A stretch of 63,951 nucleotides of DNA, counting the filler, from Dimargaris cristalligena (lineage: Eukaryota): NCBI GenBank assembly GCA_003614675.1. It is 3 parts of 3 records of this genome, joined end to end, with 100 filler letters (N's around TTAATTAATTAA, not from the genome) between each part and the next. Parts side by side here need not be neighbours in the genome. Positions count along the whole stretch, not along the records: positions 1 to 23,044 come from ML002622.1; 2 more parts are not named here. One strand, written 5' to 3'. Positions 1-11,956 of the stretch are shown in pieces; the stretch's first letter is position 1; the number at the start of each line of letters is the position of its first letter. Both the position numbers and the translations under genes were made by a program. The notes under the pieces were generated by a model. That model made no database searches. It had not been told where the DNA came from and saw nothing but the letters and a program-made list of their open reading frames with translations.

Positions 1-385
1 AATTAGCGAACGAGTCGAGTAGGGCCTGGGCCGAATCGACCACGGGAGCGGGCATGCCGGGGGCGGGGAAAGACAGGGTCGATTCGCCCGCCAGACGCGC
101 CAGAGCGGAGTCAACGACCAGAATCACGTTGGAGCGCTGGTCCTCCGCGACATTGGACAGGACGAATGGGGTGACTTCATCCTTGGAGACCTGGAAGAAG
201 GACTTGAGCAGGTCTTCGTTGGCGAAACGCATCTCCTTCAGACCGAGCTGTTTGGCCAGAGCAGAGAGATTAGTCGGAGTGTCGTCCAGGGCCACGATCA
301 TGACGGGGGTCACGGGGGCGGACTTGGCCGTCTTGGGCTTAAGCACCAGGGTCTTGGCCTTTAGGGCTTGGGCGGGAGAGCTCAT
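1..385 (-). CDS. Cytosolic prolyl-tRNA synthetase, N-terminal YbaK/ProX-like domain (partial, runs off the window start)
   Basis: Manual translation from CACC-ATG at 385 is open to position 1: MSSPAQALKAKTLVLKPKTAKSAPVTPVMIVALDDTPTNLSALAKQLGLKEMRFANEDLLKSFFQVSKDEVTPFVL. The KTLVxKPKTAK...PVxxVA...R.A.EDL...V.P pattern matches the fungal ProRS N-terminal domain. Absent from the ORF track because it is truncated. Confidence 0.8.
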   Translation of the reverse strand, partial: MSSPAQALKAKTLVLKPKTAKSAPVTPVMIVALDDTPTNLSALAKQLGLKEMRFANEDLLKSFFQVSKDEVTPFVLSNVAEDQRSNVILVVDSALARLAGESTLSFPAPGMPAPVVDSAQALLDSFAN

Positions 386-1592
386 GGTGGTGGTACGATG
401 AAGCAGTAGCGGTGAGTTTAAAGGATAAGGAGGGGGATGGTTGCCAAAGTGCCGGGACGAGTGGGTGTTGAGGTTGGTTTTTTGCTAGTAATATATATAT
501 ATGTGTGTGTAAGGAGTATACTGCGGGGACCGACAAGGAATAACAAAGGTCTAATTAGCACCAATGGCTAAAGCTAATAACAAGCAAAAAAGAACAAACC
601 AATCTAAACCAACTGAAGAGAGATGACCTGAATGAGCTGAGGACTGGCGTTATGCATACAGGGGGGGGGCATTATAAAATTGATAAATTGGACCCCACTA
701 CCACTTTTTGGGTATACCGCAGGTGGTGACTCTTCAACCCACACAACCCACAATTTTTTTACCAGTTGGCTGTGCGATCAACTGGAGTTGTGAAGCTCCC
801 TATTACAAAGCCCGCAGCTCAACCCCATGGCTGAAATTTGGGACCGCCGTGGGAGAATATTTAACGACGGAATGTGCATTGTCATATAGTAATGGCTTTC
901 TTAGGTGTTTATATATATATTAGTTATTACCTTTGCACACTCATATAAGCTTACCCAACAGCATACACCCAATTGAGGCACAAGGCCATATACCTACCTG
1001 CTTAACCGGGCCACCGCAGTCCGAGATACTTCACCCCCTTCTATTGTAGTCACCCCTGCTGATGGATTCGCTTTAAACACTGCATTCATTTTTAAATGAG
1101 AATAAAAGAACCCATCCGCGAACAGCCTTTAATATGCAAATAATGGGAATACCGACCAGTGGGAGAGTAGCCTTTACCTCTCCCCCTCATAACTACCACC
1201 AATACCAAGGGGAGAAGGATAGGAGGAGACAAGGGCGATGAAGAATTTCCCAGCTACCCAAGCATACCCGCATGCATTCTTAATCACTATTCAAACCCAA
1301 AGAAAAAGGGCACATGAGAGAGAGAGAGACTTCTTCGCTGTTCTCCATACACTGGAACACATATATATCACGAGTAAGGTTTACAGTTGATTCCGCCTTG
1401 AATGCCCAAACATCTCTACACAAAGAAAGACAAGGGCGGATGCGTCGTTACAACTGGGCAGACAAGGCGGACTAAAAGGGGGACATTTATTATGGATTAT
1501 AGGGGACATCGAAGGGGTAAGTGGTGGTGGCGGTGTGGGTCGAACAAAGTGGGAGAAAGGGACAGGACCAACTGGCAGTACACACACGCACA

Positions 1593-3474
1593 CTAGCCTG
1601 ACACTTTCAGGTTGACATTGCCCTTGGGTTGGTGAGAGGGCACGACGGCTGCGGCCGGTTTAGGGGTACGGTGGGAGGAGGAGGACGTTCCTTCACGACC
1701 GGTGTTCATACGGGGCGAGGGGACCATCACCATCCCTACCGGGGGCGAGGCCTTGCGGTTGGGAGTACGTCTCGGGGCCGCGGGGGACTGGCCAAAGACA
1801 TCGTTGGCGCTGTCGGGGGAGTTCGCCTTGGGGTAGCGCCGGTTGGCTTTGGGGCCCGCTTTGGCGGAAGCGGAAGCGAGTTGGCGAGGAGTACGCTGGG
1901 GAGTGGCAGTGCCCTTCGCCGGAGTGGAGTGATTGTTAGGGGTGGTGGGGTTGTTGTTGTTACCTAGTGGCAAGCGCTGACCGTTGGTCTGCTGCGAGGC
2001 CTTGCCAGTAGTGGTAGTAGTAGTACGCGGGGAGCGTTCGGGGGTCGCCGCCACAGTGGAAGTGGGAGAGGAGGATCCTGACTTGGTCGCGGGGTGCTCA
2101 CCCCCGGAGCGAGGGGATTGCGGGGAGGAGGAGATAAGCTTGGAGAAGAGGCTGGATAGGTTGGCGACCGGCCCAGGGGACAGATCAGACGATGGCAACA
2201 ACCCACTACCATTACCACCATTGGAAACGGTAGAAGAAGTCGACGGGGGTGGAGCATTCTGACGATGGGCGTTATTCCCGCCACTTCCCTGGATCGACTT
2301 GGCGGTCGCGGGTGGGGGCGACTCAGTGAGTAGACTGAGAAGCTTGCGTGACTTTTCGCGAAGGACCTCCTGAGACGTTGAGTTGGAACGGACCGGCGGT
2401 TTGGCCTGAGGGGGGCCGTTGGCAGTTGAGCTAGTTTCGAGCTCGGTCCGGCTGGGTAGGTTAGTCGACACGCTGTGGGTCCGAGCGGGGGTAGTTGACC
2501 CGGTGCCGTTGGCAGCCGCACGCGCCTGGAGACTCTGGGTCAGCTGGGAGCGGATACGGGCGGCGGAGAGAGGGCCTGGCGACGCAGAAACGAGGTTGCC
2601 GCTACCCAGTGGGTCAACAACTACGGCCGGGGGCTGGAAATTGTCCCCAAACAGGGCCCGGATGGTCGAGCTATTCTCAGGGGAGTGCTGCTGCTGTTGG
2701 GGGTCCGAGGTTAGTGGCTGGGGCGCACCGCTGTTGTTGCTGTTGCCAGTACCCCCCCCCCTGGAACAGGGGAATGGGGAAGGGCAGAGCACTGGGTTCG
2801 GGGGAGTTCTGGAAACTCGCCCCGGCATACCGAGTCACGGCCTGCTTGGCTCCACCCAGGGGGGTCTTGGACCCTCCGGCGTGGCGACCGTAGTCGTTGG
2901 CGTTGGTGGTGGTGGTCAGGAGGAGATCGCTGATTCCCACATCGACGGCTAGGCTGGAACGACGGCGTCCGCGACGACCCGCCGCCGGTAGGGCCTGGGA
3001 CCGTTGGAAATTATGGCCGTTACCGTTGGAAGTGTATCCGCCCTGGGACTTGCCGTTGGGGGTGTTGTTTCCGTTAGGACCACCACCACCGCGGGGATTC
3101 TGTTGGAAATAACCGCCTTTGGCGTTTTGGGCGTGGAGGGCAGGCAAGTGGCGTTTCGACGCTGGCGGGTGGGCGTGGTGGGTGAAGTCTACCCCATTGC
3201 CGTAGGCGCGGCGCGTGGAATGTTGCTGGTGGTGGTTATTATTATTGTTGTTGTTGTTATTATTAGAGCGCTGGGGTTGCTGATACTCTTCGTTCGACTG
3301 AGAGTGTTGGGGGATGGTCCGGCCATCCGATACGGTGTAGCGGCGTCGACCAGCCCTTCTAGAACCATTACTGGCCTGGCTGGGTGGGGGTTTTTGAGCC
3401 GAAACCGACTGGTGCGGGGGGCCATGATGGCTGGTGCTGGTAGCGGGGGCTGTTGGGGTTTGAGTATGGGCCAT
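1593..3474 (-). CDS. Edc1/PNRC-like enhancer of mRNA decapping, low-complexity; reading frame broken at a G10 run (2752-2761)
   Basis: ORF from ATG 3474 carries YAGASFQNSPEPSALPFP, the YAG-x-x-F...LPxP decapping-activation / Dcp1-binding motif. The frame then continues naturally only in the overlapping ORF 1593..2828, which has Leu-rich short helices (KSRKLLSLL, LSSLFSKL). Confidence 0.75.
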
Positions 3475-6400
3475 ATGGTGGGGAGGTAAGGGGGCTACTA
3501 GGGCAAGGGGGTCCAAAAGAAAGGGAGAAGAGGTGAGGAGCATTCAGCCACGGTGAAAATTCGGGAGAGGGGAGAAGGGTAGTATAGCAAGCGTTATATG
3601 AGCTCGAGAACGAATACAACAAGGTGCTGCGGGTGGGGCCAAGATTAGAAGAATATACGAAGTCGGATACGGTATATATATAATTAGTTTACACAACCAA
3701 ACAAAGGAGAGTAGATATAAAAAGAACTCAAGCGCGTCTTTAGGTAAAAATAGAGGGCCCGTCGCCGTGGTTAATAAAGGGACGCGGACAGGGTTCGGCT
3801 CTGAAAACGAAACGAAGGAGCCAAAAAAGAGCCACCGGGTATGGAGGGGGTCAAAAGCGCGAATAGTAGAGAAGCGTTGGGAGGGAGGGGGTGAGATTGG
3901 GAATGAGTGGGTAGTAGTGCTCAAGTAAAGAAGAAGAGGAGAGGACTTGACTTATAAAGGCAAACGATAATATGATAAAGTTGCGCAGACGGGTCGGTAA
4001 AGAATAAAGGAATGGAGGAGTAAAAAACGGAGGTTTACAGAAAGAAGAGAAGAGGGAGAGGTCTCTGAGTATGTAGTATATAATAACTCTTCTCTTCTCT
4101 TACTTGCCACACGCGGTCACCCCTGCCAAGTGTATCCATATTCCTCCTATTGGCTCTCCCAGACCCAAGCCATAAGGGAGAGAGGGGCTTCCCCCAATCT
4201 ATGGCCATAACAAAGCTGTTTTACGCCCTACCCACCGGCAACGGAGAAAAAGGTCACATGGTGGACAACACGTAAAAACCTCTCATTGACCCGTCCAAGC
4301 AGATAGAGATACTCCGTACATAGTGTAGAGAGTAGTAAAAGGGGGGAGATGAATTACTACTACTTATTATACTCTATACTCTCCCCCTCCCTACTTACTA
4401 CATAAAATAGCCTATGAGAAGAATATCCTGCAGGCTGACGAGTCATTGTTGCCGCCTACTTCAAGGAGAATGGATAGTAATAAATCCCTCCCTTTAAACT
4501 AGCCAGCTCTCATTCCTCTCGCTTTCTATCGATCCCGACCCTGGAAATCATTCATCATCACTGCTCCAACACCAAGCAATCCCTTGGACCCCTCTTGACC
4601 AAAGTGAAGGTAGTAGGGTGTGTGGGTGTGGCTCAGCCAGCCAATGTGGGGCTGGGTCACATTATTCACACCATTGGTGGAACATTGGCCTACAAAATGC
4701 AATATCCACTCCCTTGGGCTACTACTGGCCCACATACTACTACTCTTTTGGCTTATATAGCAGTTGGTTACTCTTTTTCCCCCTCCACTGCCAAGCTTGT
4801 GGAATGAATGATTCAAACAGTCCAGGTGACCTTCTAATAGCTGCTGTTTTTGAACATCCAGGGAATGGGAGGGGAGTGGATAATAAATAAGCAACCAGGG
4901 CCGTCGCGGTGGGATTGGTTAGGCCTTTTTCTCAAAGGGGAATATATATATATATATATATATACCACTTCTTGGAATGATATTGGGGTCTAGGCTTTGA
5001 ATTCGTATGGGAAAACGTAGACCAACTATAAACACACAACAAAACCCCTGGTTGATGGGCTGGATTTGACTATTTTATAGCCAGTGAATTTCCTGTCCGG
5101 GTTTTCCTATTGACTCCTCCCTCCTCGTTCAAAGCCCTAAGCAGCTGGTATGGAAACTAAATAATAATCGGGAAGGGGGAAAATGTGGCTGTTATCATTC
5201 CCGAGACGGTACAACACAACCATCCCTCCAGTAAATAGGTCCGAGTAGCACTTGTGGGCAAGTCACCGTGGATCGGCTCGTAAACACTCCAGTAGAATGT
5301 GAAGGGATGGCTTATAGTATCAGAGTAGAGGAGGTCTCCGCTTTAAAGCGATATTCACCTCCATGTATATTACCTATACCCAATACAACTCTATTGTTTG
5401 TATGTAATGTTTTTGGGCGGAAGCACCACCACACTAATTATAAAAACAATCCACCGACTCTTTTTTGACACCTGTGGAGAGCTAATAGCCGAACCCAAAA
5501 ATTAAAATCCACAAAGTGAAAGTGAAGGTGAATAAACCGGAGAATTTGTCATGCTTGAGCGACACATCAGGAAATCAGGCCTTAATACCACTTCCCCGTT
5601 CTGCAACCAAATGACTACATATCAGTTACTGTACCAGGGCCAAGTTTTGTAGGAAGGACCACCACTAGTGTTATTAACATGACCGCTCGAACGGAATATT
5701 AGGATGTCCGGCCGGGCTGTGAGGGGATGGGTCCGCCGATTCTCTTTATTAGAAGAGGCGGCAATCCATCCGCTAAGTTCCGATAGGCTGCATCTATATC
5801 GGTAAGTGGAGCGGGGGTGTCTGTCCTCCTCTCTTCCCTGTCCACGGGATTTGAAGCTATGGACTGCATGGATCGAGTACTGAAAAGAGGCAAGGAGGTC
5901 GACTATTCCTCGTCGGCCTTTATATTCAGGTCCGTCCATAAATGGCTGGATCAGGGGACCCCCTGGTGCTGTATCTGGAATCAGAGCCTGGCTACAGTGG
6001 TGACCAGCCGTTAAATTGCCTAGTAATAGCCACCACATAATATTACAAGGGTTAATTGATGGGGAGGGGGTTCTTCTTGGTAATAGGTTGGACTGGAGGT
6101 GTATATCGTACTGCTGTGTTGCATGCTCTATTGATGATGGTCTTTAGATCGTATACGGTGGATGGTCAATTATGTAGTTGGGGATTGTTTTCAAACATAG
6201 ACCTGGACCTGAGTGGTTAAGTTTCAAAGTCTTCGACACCATTGAGTAATTCCATGTTTATCCTTCTTTGAAACTTATCTAACCCACTGAAGCCAAACCT
6301 AAAAGTAGAATGACTTACGGAAGAAAACCACGTGACCACATCCCTGGTCAATAGTTGGTTAATTGCCCAGCGAGTCTCCCTCACTCGTTCCGATATGGAA

Positions 6401-6703
6401 GTGCCTAATATTGTAATGAGTCAACAACGGATGAGAGAGAGTGGAGTTTGGGCAATGGGTGGAGTATGTATTAGTGGATTTGTCGAGAAATTAGTGGGAT
6501 TTTTCAAGTGGATATCCCGCACAATTAAACCCCGAAAAAGGGGAGCAACTAATACACGGCTATTCCAAAAAAATTAGGGAGGTAGGCGAGGTTATTTGCT
6601 TCTACCCAAGCTCCTCTATATCCACTCTTCGTTCACCCCCCAGCCTTACCCCATTGTTGTATTGTTATACATAACCCCCCCATACTTTTGTTCTTTTTTC
6701 ACC

Positions 6704-8236
6704 ATGGCGTCTACCGATCTCATCTCCCATTTGTTGCAGACTCTCGATCTCAATGGCTCCATCGACGACACCCAAACCCTCCGGCTGCCGGGCCAGACCG
6801 ACCAGCCCCTCGACCAAACGACCATACGGGGTGCCCTATCCAGTCTGCAAAGTCGCCTAATGGTCGATTTCGCCCCTCTCGAACGGGAGGTGCTCCAACT
6901 GACCCCCGAGGGCCAGGCCATGGCCGACACTGGTAGTCACGAAGCCAAGGTGTTCCACGCCGTCCCCGCTGGCCCCGAGGGCATCCTGGTGAAGGACCTC
7001 CAGGCCCAATTAGGCGCCAGTGCCAAGATCGGTCAGGGTAAGGCCCTGGCCCAGAAATGGCTCAAGTTTGCCGATGGCCGTCTCACTCGGCTGGTGGATA
7101 CTATTGTGGACCAGACCCAGGCCGATTTGCGGACCATCCAGCGGACCGGGACCCTGGCCCAGCCCGCGGCGGTCAAAGACCTCCTGAAGCGTAAATTGTG
7201 CACGAAACACAAGACCGTGTCCTACCGTGTTGCTAAAGGTCCCCAATTTGCCCTGTCCGTGACGAAACAGGCCACCGACATCACCGCCGAGTTATTGGCC
7301 AGTGGGGAATGGAAGAACCAGTCCTTCAAGAGTTACAATTTTAACGCCGTGGGTATCCAACCCCCCAGCGGCCATCTGCACCCCCTCATGAAAGTCCGCG
7401 AAGAATTCCGGTCCATTTTCTTTGAAATGGGCTTCACCGAAATGCCCACCAATAAGTTCGTGGAGTCGTCCTTCTGGAATTTCGATGCCCTCTTCCAGCC
7501 CCAGCAGCACCCCGCCCGGGACTTGCAGGATACTTTCTTCCTGAAGGATCCCGTGAGCAGCGCCGACTTGCCCTCGGATTTGGTGGCCAAGGTCGGCCAG
7601 GTGCACGCCGAGGGGAACTACGGTTCCATCGGTTACCGGTACCCCTGGGCCCGCGCCGAAGCCGAGAAATTGCTGCTCCGCACCCATACGACCGCCGTCA
7701 GTTCGTATATGCTGCACCTCCTGGCCCAGCAGAAGCCCTTCCGTCCGGCCAAGTACTTCTCGATTGACCGGGTGTTCCGTAACGAAACCCTGGATGCTAC
7801 CCATCTGGCCGAGTTCCACCAGGTCGAAGGCGTTATTGCCGACCGTAACGTGACTTTAGGTGACTTGATTGGATTCATGGACGTATTCTTCCGTAAAATG
7901 GGCATCACCAACCTGCGCTACAAGCCCGCCTACAACCCCTACACCGAGCCCTCGCTCGAGATCTTCTCCTACCATGAAGGGTTCAAGAAGTGGGTCGAAA
8001 TCGGTAACTCGGGTATGTTCCGCCCTGAAATGTGCCGTCCGCTCGGATTGGACCCTGATGTGCGGGTCATTGCCTGGGGTCTGTCCCTGGAACGGCCGAC
8101 TATGATCAAGTACGGCGTAGATAACATTCGGGAACTTATGGGCCATAAGGTGGACCTGGGCATGATCCAGAACAACCCCATCTGCCGCCTGGATAAGAAG
8201 ATGGGTAAGGAAGTGATGGAAGAGACCCGGGCCTAG
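6704..8236 (+). CDS. FRS2: Cytosolic phenylalanyl-tRNA synthetase alpha subunit (510 aa, intronless)
   Basis: GHLHPL, FWNFDALFQPQQHPARD, LRTHTTAVS, FSIDRVFRNE, YNPYTEPS, EIGNSGMFRPEM and AWGLSLERPTM motifs. ACCATGG start at 6704. Confidence 0.98.
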   Translation: MASTDLISHLLQTLDLNGSIDDTQTLRLPGQTDQPLDQTTIRGALSSLQSRLMVDFAPLEREVLQLTPEGQAMADTGSHEAKVFHAVPAGPEGILVKDLQAQLGASAKIGQGKALAQKWLKFADGRLTRLVDTIVDQTQADLRTIQRTGTLAQPAAVKDLLKRKLCTKHKTVSYRVAKGPQFALSVTKQATDITAELLASGEWKNQSFKSYNFNAVGIQPPSGHLHPLMKVREEFRSIFFEMGFTEMPTNKFVESSFWNFDALFQPQQHPARDLQDTFFLKDPVSSADLPSDLVAKVGQVHAEGNYGSIGYRYPWARAEAEKLLLRTHTTAVSSYMLHLLAQQKPFRPAKYFSIDRVFRNETLDATHLAEFHQVEGVIADRNVTLGDLIGFMDVFFRKMGITNLRYKPAYNPYTEPSLEIFSYHEGFKKWVEIGNSGMFRPEMCRPLGLDPDVRVIAWGLSLERPTMIKYGVDNIRELMGHKVDLGMIQNNPICRLDKKMGKEVMEETRA

Positions 8237-8806
8237 TTATCGTGTTTATCATTGCTTTCGATTCCGGTTGAACTCTGGGTGTGAGAGGGACATGTTAGAA
8301 AACCCCATCTCTTGGAGGAGTATAATGGTTGGTAATTATATATATATATATATATATATATACAATATTATACTAAAAAAATGACATCAATAAACACTTA
8401 TTTCTAATAGATTTAGAGTTGAATGGGGGTATGTATATATGTGGGCCGATTGCATTTATTTAGACGCTTATTGAGAATGCATATAATAGGAAGTGTGTAA
8501 ATATATATAGCCCATGTGTGGGGGGGGGGAGATCCTTTAGCCAAGGTGACTTGGTCGGTGATTTTCAGTGGGATTGGAAGCTTTTTAGAAGGTGGAAGAT
8601 ATTGGATAATTTCTTGCTTGTTGCATTGCATTTCCCTCCCACAACCATTTGTATTCCTAACTACACCCCGATCAGTTCCCCCAACTTTTGGGTTCGTATA
8701 CCTCTTCTTTACCTGATCGTCCATTTATCCAACCCTTGTCGCATTCTTAGTGAATAACCCCCCTTTTATTCTCTATACCCTTTCCGACGAATCCAACTCC
8801 CCCTCC

Positions 8807-10123
8807 ATGAGCTCCCTCCTCGGCCTACCCTTGCGTCCTTGGGGTGCTCTTGCACGCTCCTCTAGACCCCTTCGGCCCGGTTTTCAACTGCAGCCGTGGC
8901 AACGCCCCCATGTGGTACGGTCGTTCGGCAATCGGGTACCCAAAGCCCTGCCGCCTTGTTCGCCTCTGTCGATTCAACGCTTGGTCAGTCCTTCGTCTCC
9001 CCTCGCCTTACCCCGTCGCCTGTCGTCGTCATCGTCGTCCCCCTGGTTCCACCGCTTGAATCAGTCGGTCGCTAAGCCGCTATCCGGTTCAAGTCTCGGG
9101 ACCGGAGGAGCCGTCCCCCGCCAAGCATGGCTTCCTAACCTAAAGCTAATGTTCCGTCTCCAACAGGGCCGGTTCTACCGTCGCCCAGCGTCCATTACCG
9201 GTAAAGGAGCCTACGGTGGTAGTGGTGGCGGGAGTGACTCTTTCCGCCGGGCCCCTGATTCATCCCGGTTCGGGACATCGTTCGAGAAGGCCAAATGGAC
9301 CATCTTTACGATCATTGGGATGAACGGGGCCGTATATTTGCTCTGGGGGTATGCTTCCAACCTCGCTAGGATGGAAGGCAACCTGGAGATGTTCAATATG
9401 ATGAAGCACAATTTTACATCATCGCTGGAAAATTACCGTTGTGGTTACTACTGGAGTGTGTTGACGTCGTCCTTCAGTCACAAGGATTTCCTCCACCTGG
9501 GTGTTAATATGGTGGGCCTGTACTCCTTTGGACTTCCGGTAAGTTCGACTTCACAGTGAAAGGGGGGGGGTTCCCAACTCCATGGTGAATCAGCATCTGT
9601 GTTTTTTATGGTATGCTCCGGCTTCCATCTTCTCCGCACCTAACTCCATGGCGGAGTCTTTACTTTGAGACTAATGCTGCCCCTACGTAATACCTTCCTA
9701 TTCATTTTCCCGGATTCCGATTTTGTTTTTTAGGTGGCCCAACTACTAGGCGTAGCCCCCTTCATGGGCATTTACCTCTTGTCGTGCCTCGCCTCCTCCA
9801 CGGTCAGCCTAGTGGCCAATAAAGTGCGGGAGTCATCGGGCAGCCACCCCATGATTGCACAGCACTCCTCGCTTGGAGCCTCGGGGGGAGTTTTAGGGAT
9901 TATGGCGATTGCGGCCATGGTCTACCCCTCGGCCAAAGTTATGGTGATGTTTGTCATTCCCGTGTCCTGTCGTACGGCGATTTTCGGTTTGTTCGGGTTT
10001 GATGTTTACAACATGTTCACGAACTCAGCCAACATCATTGATTCGGCGGGCCATCTGGGCGGTACGATAACGGGCTTTGGTTTCTGGTGGATCTTCCTGC
10101 GCAAGTTCTTGCGTATCAGCTAG
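8807..10123 (+). CDS. Mitochondrial rhomboid protease (PARL/Pcp1-like)
   Basis: Exons 8807-9538 and 9734-10123; phase-0 intron CCG|GTAAGT...TTTTAG. Arg/Ser-rich presequence, FSHxxxxHLxxNM, catalytic GASG and SAGHLGG. Confidence 0.92.
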
Positions 10124-11956
10124 GTTGATGCTTTTTTGAGTAGAGCAGATGGGAATCCCCCCGGCCGTAGAACCGATTATTTTTAGCTAGAGTGGGCCTT
10201 CAACAGCATGGCCAATCCTCACAGTATATGTGGCTAAATCATTTTTAAAAAAGAATAAAACGGGGACCTTTCGATAATGGGGAAGTTGTTTTTTTCATAT
10301 ATACCATTATTATGTATGTATGTATGTATGTATGTATGAATGTATTAAAAAACCATAATAAACCCTATCGGTTGTTGTCATTTGCGACTATAGACCAAGG
10401 GTCCAATGGGCTTTCAAGCCAAATGTTTTTTTGCTGAGCTGCTGAATGTATAGATCAATAGGCGTCCGGGATAGTATCCAAACATTCATGCAGTCCAACT
10501 GTACTATGGATCCCGACGACTTTACATCAGTGCGCCCAGATTAGCACACTGTAGGTTAGTGCGGCTGAAGTGGGCCAGTGCGGTCACTCGTTCGGTCTAA
10601 TATTTTTTTTGACATGTTCGTACATCATCATGGCTGAAGGATGTGTGAGTATAGTAAATAGGCCAAGCCAAGGTGACTATTCCTCGTCACTAGCGCAGTG
10701 GGTTTGAAATAAAAAAACACATACACGCTTTCGGACACAGACATTGTCAAACAGAAATACGCGCGATTGCCCCTTTTCCCCCATATACACATCGTCACGG
10801 CCTAAACAGGGCCCATAATTTTCATTCCGACAGATTATGTCAACACAGGGGTCTTTCCGGTAAACGAGGACAGCAATAACGGAGCTGAAATTGGAGCACA
10901 CGGGGAGGATGTAGCCAAGACTTTAGGAAGGTGAGGGGAACTAGCAACTGTCATAGCCCAATACACAGGCTGGAATGGTCCTTTTGGTGCATCTCCAGGA
11001 GATTCCACTATAAAGAGGGATATGGATATTAATATGAATAATAATAGGGGCGCACGGTTTCTGGGGGACATGAGTCAAAACGGAGCAGCGTCACTCAGTC
11101 AGAGGCAAGCGTGGAAAAAGGGATAAAAATTCAAAACAAGAGGGAGGCTATTAAAAGCTTTCAAAAATGGCTGTCATAGGGCGCGGAGAGAGTGCAGCAA
11201 GGGGCCTGTGTTTGCCCACCCCTCGTCCACCAATGAGGGGAGGGCGGTTGTTTTGATTTTGGAGACGGAGAAGGGAGGGTAGTCCCCCCCACTGGAGCCG
11301 CGGCTATAGAGGTGAACCCCACTGACTGAATAGCATACCTCTCTCCCCCTTTACCACTAATTCATCTGTGAGGTGGATGATGTCTATACTCCGCCAACGA
11401 ACAATACCACCCACCGACTAGCCTAAGCCGGGGACCTCACTCCGTTCTTGAACCGGTCTACTTATCGCGCTGTATACTATACTATACCTTCATGTGCTGG
11501 CTTCTTCTTAACCTCATCCCCTTTTCACTACATTCCCTGTCCAACGGTTGCAAAGCACGACTTCCTTCGTATTTTTCCCCTTCGTTTTTGCATACCCACG
11601 CGAGTAGATAGGCCTTGTACGAATCCCCCGAATACGTTCAACACCTCCCTCCGTACCTGTCTACTATACTTTATTGGCCTCCATCCAGACAAGGATCTTC
11701 TAAAAAAACCCCACCTACCCTCCTCGACCTTACATAGCAAAGGACGGCTTCTACAATCTAGGGCAAGCCACTCTAGACTCCCGCGTGTCCCGTTGAAACT
11801 CCGACCACTACCTCCCCCCCGTGTCTTTTGACTCGCCGCCCTCGATTGGGGCACCGGCTACCTTGTACCTGTACTAAGCGGTGCCGTCCGAACTCCCCCA
11901 AGTCCAAGAACCGACCTATCGTCCGTATAGTCGTCAAGCACAGACCCCCAAAGGCC

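Noticed and set aside
6596-6703. N-terminal extensions from TTG/GTG starts in the ORF track (PheRS, rhomboid, PHB2, TOE1 and others)
   Set aside because: Bacterial-style start calling on a eukaryotic sequence; the downstream ATGs have a Kozak-like context and match family starts.
7292-7819. Long antisense ORFs (also 14414-15160, 20032-20712, 28600-29208, 45586-46050)
   Set aside because: Shadow frames of GC3-rich real genes on the opposite strand; no recognisable motifs.
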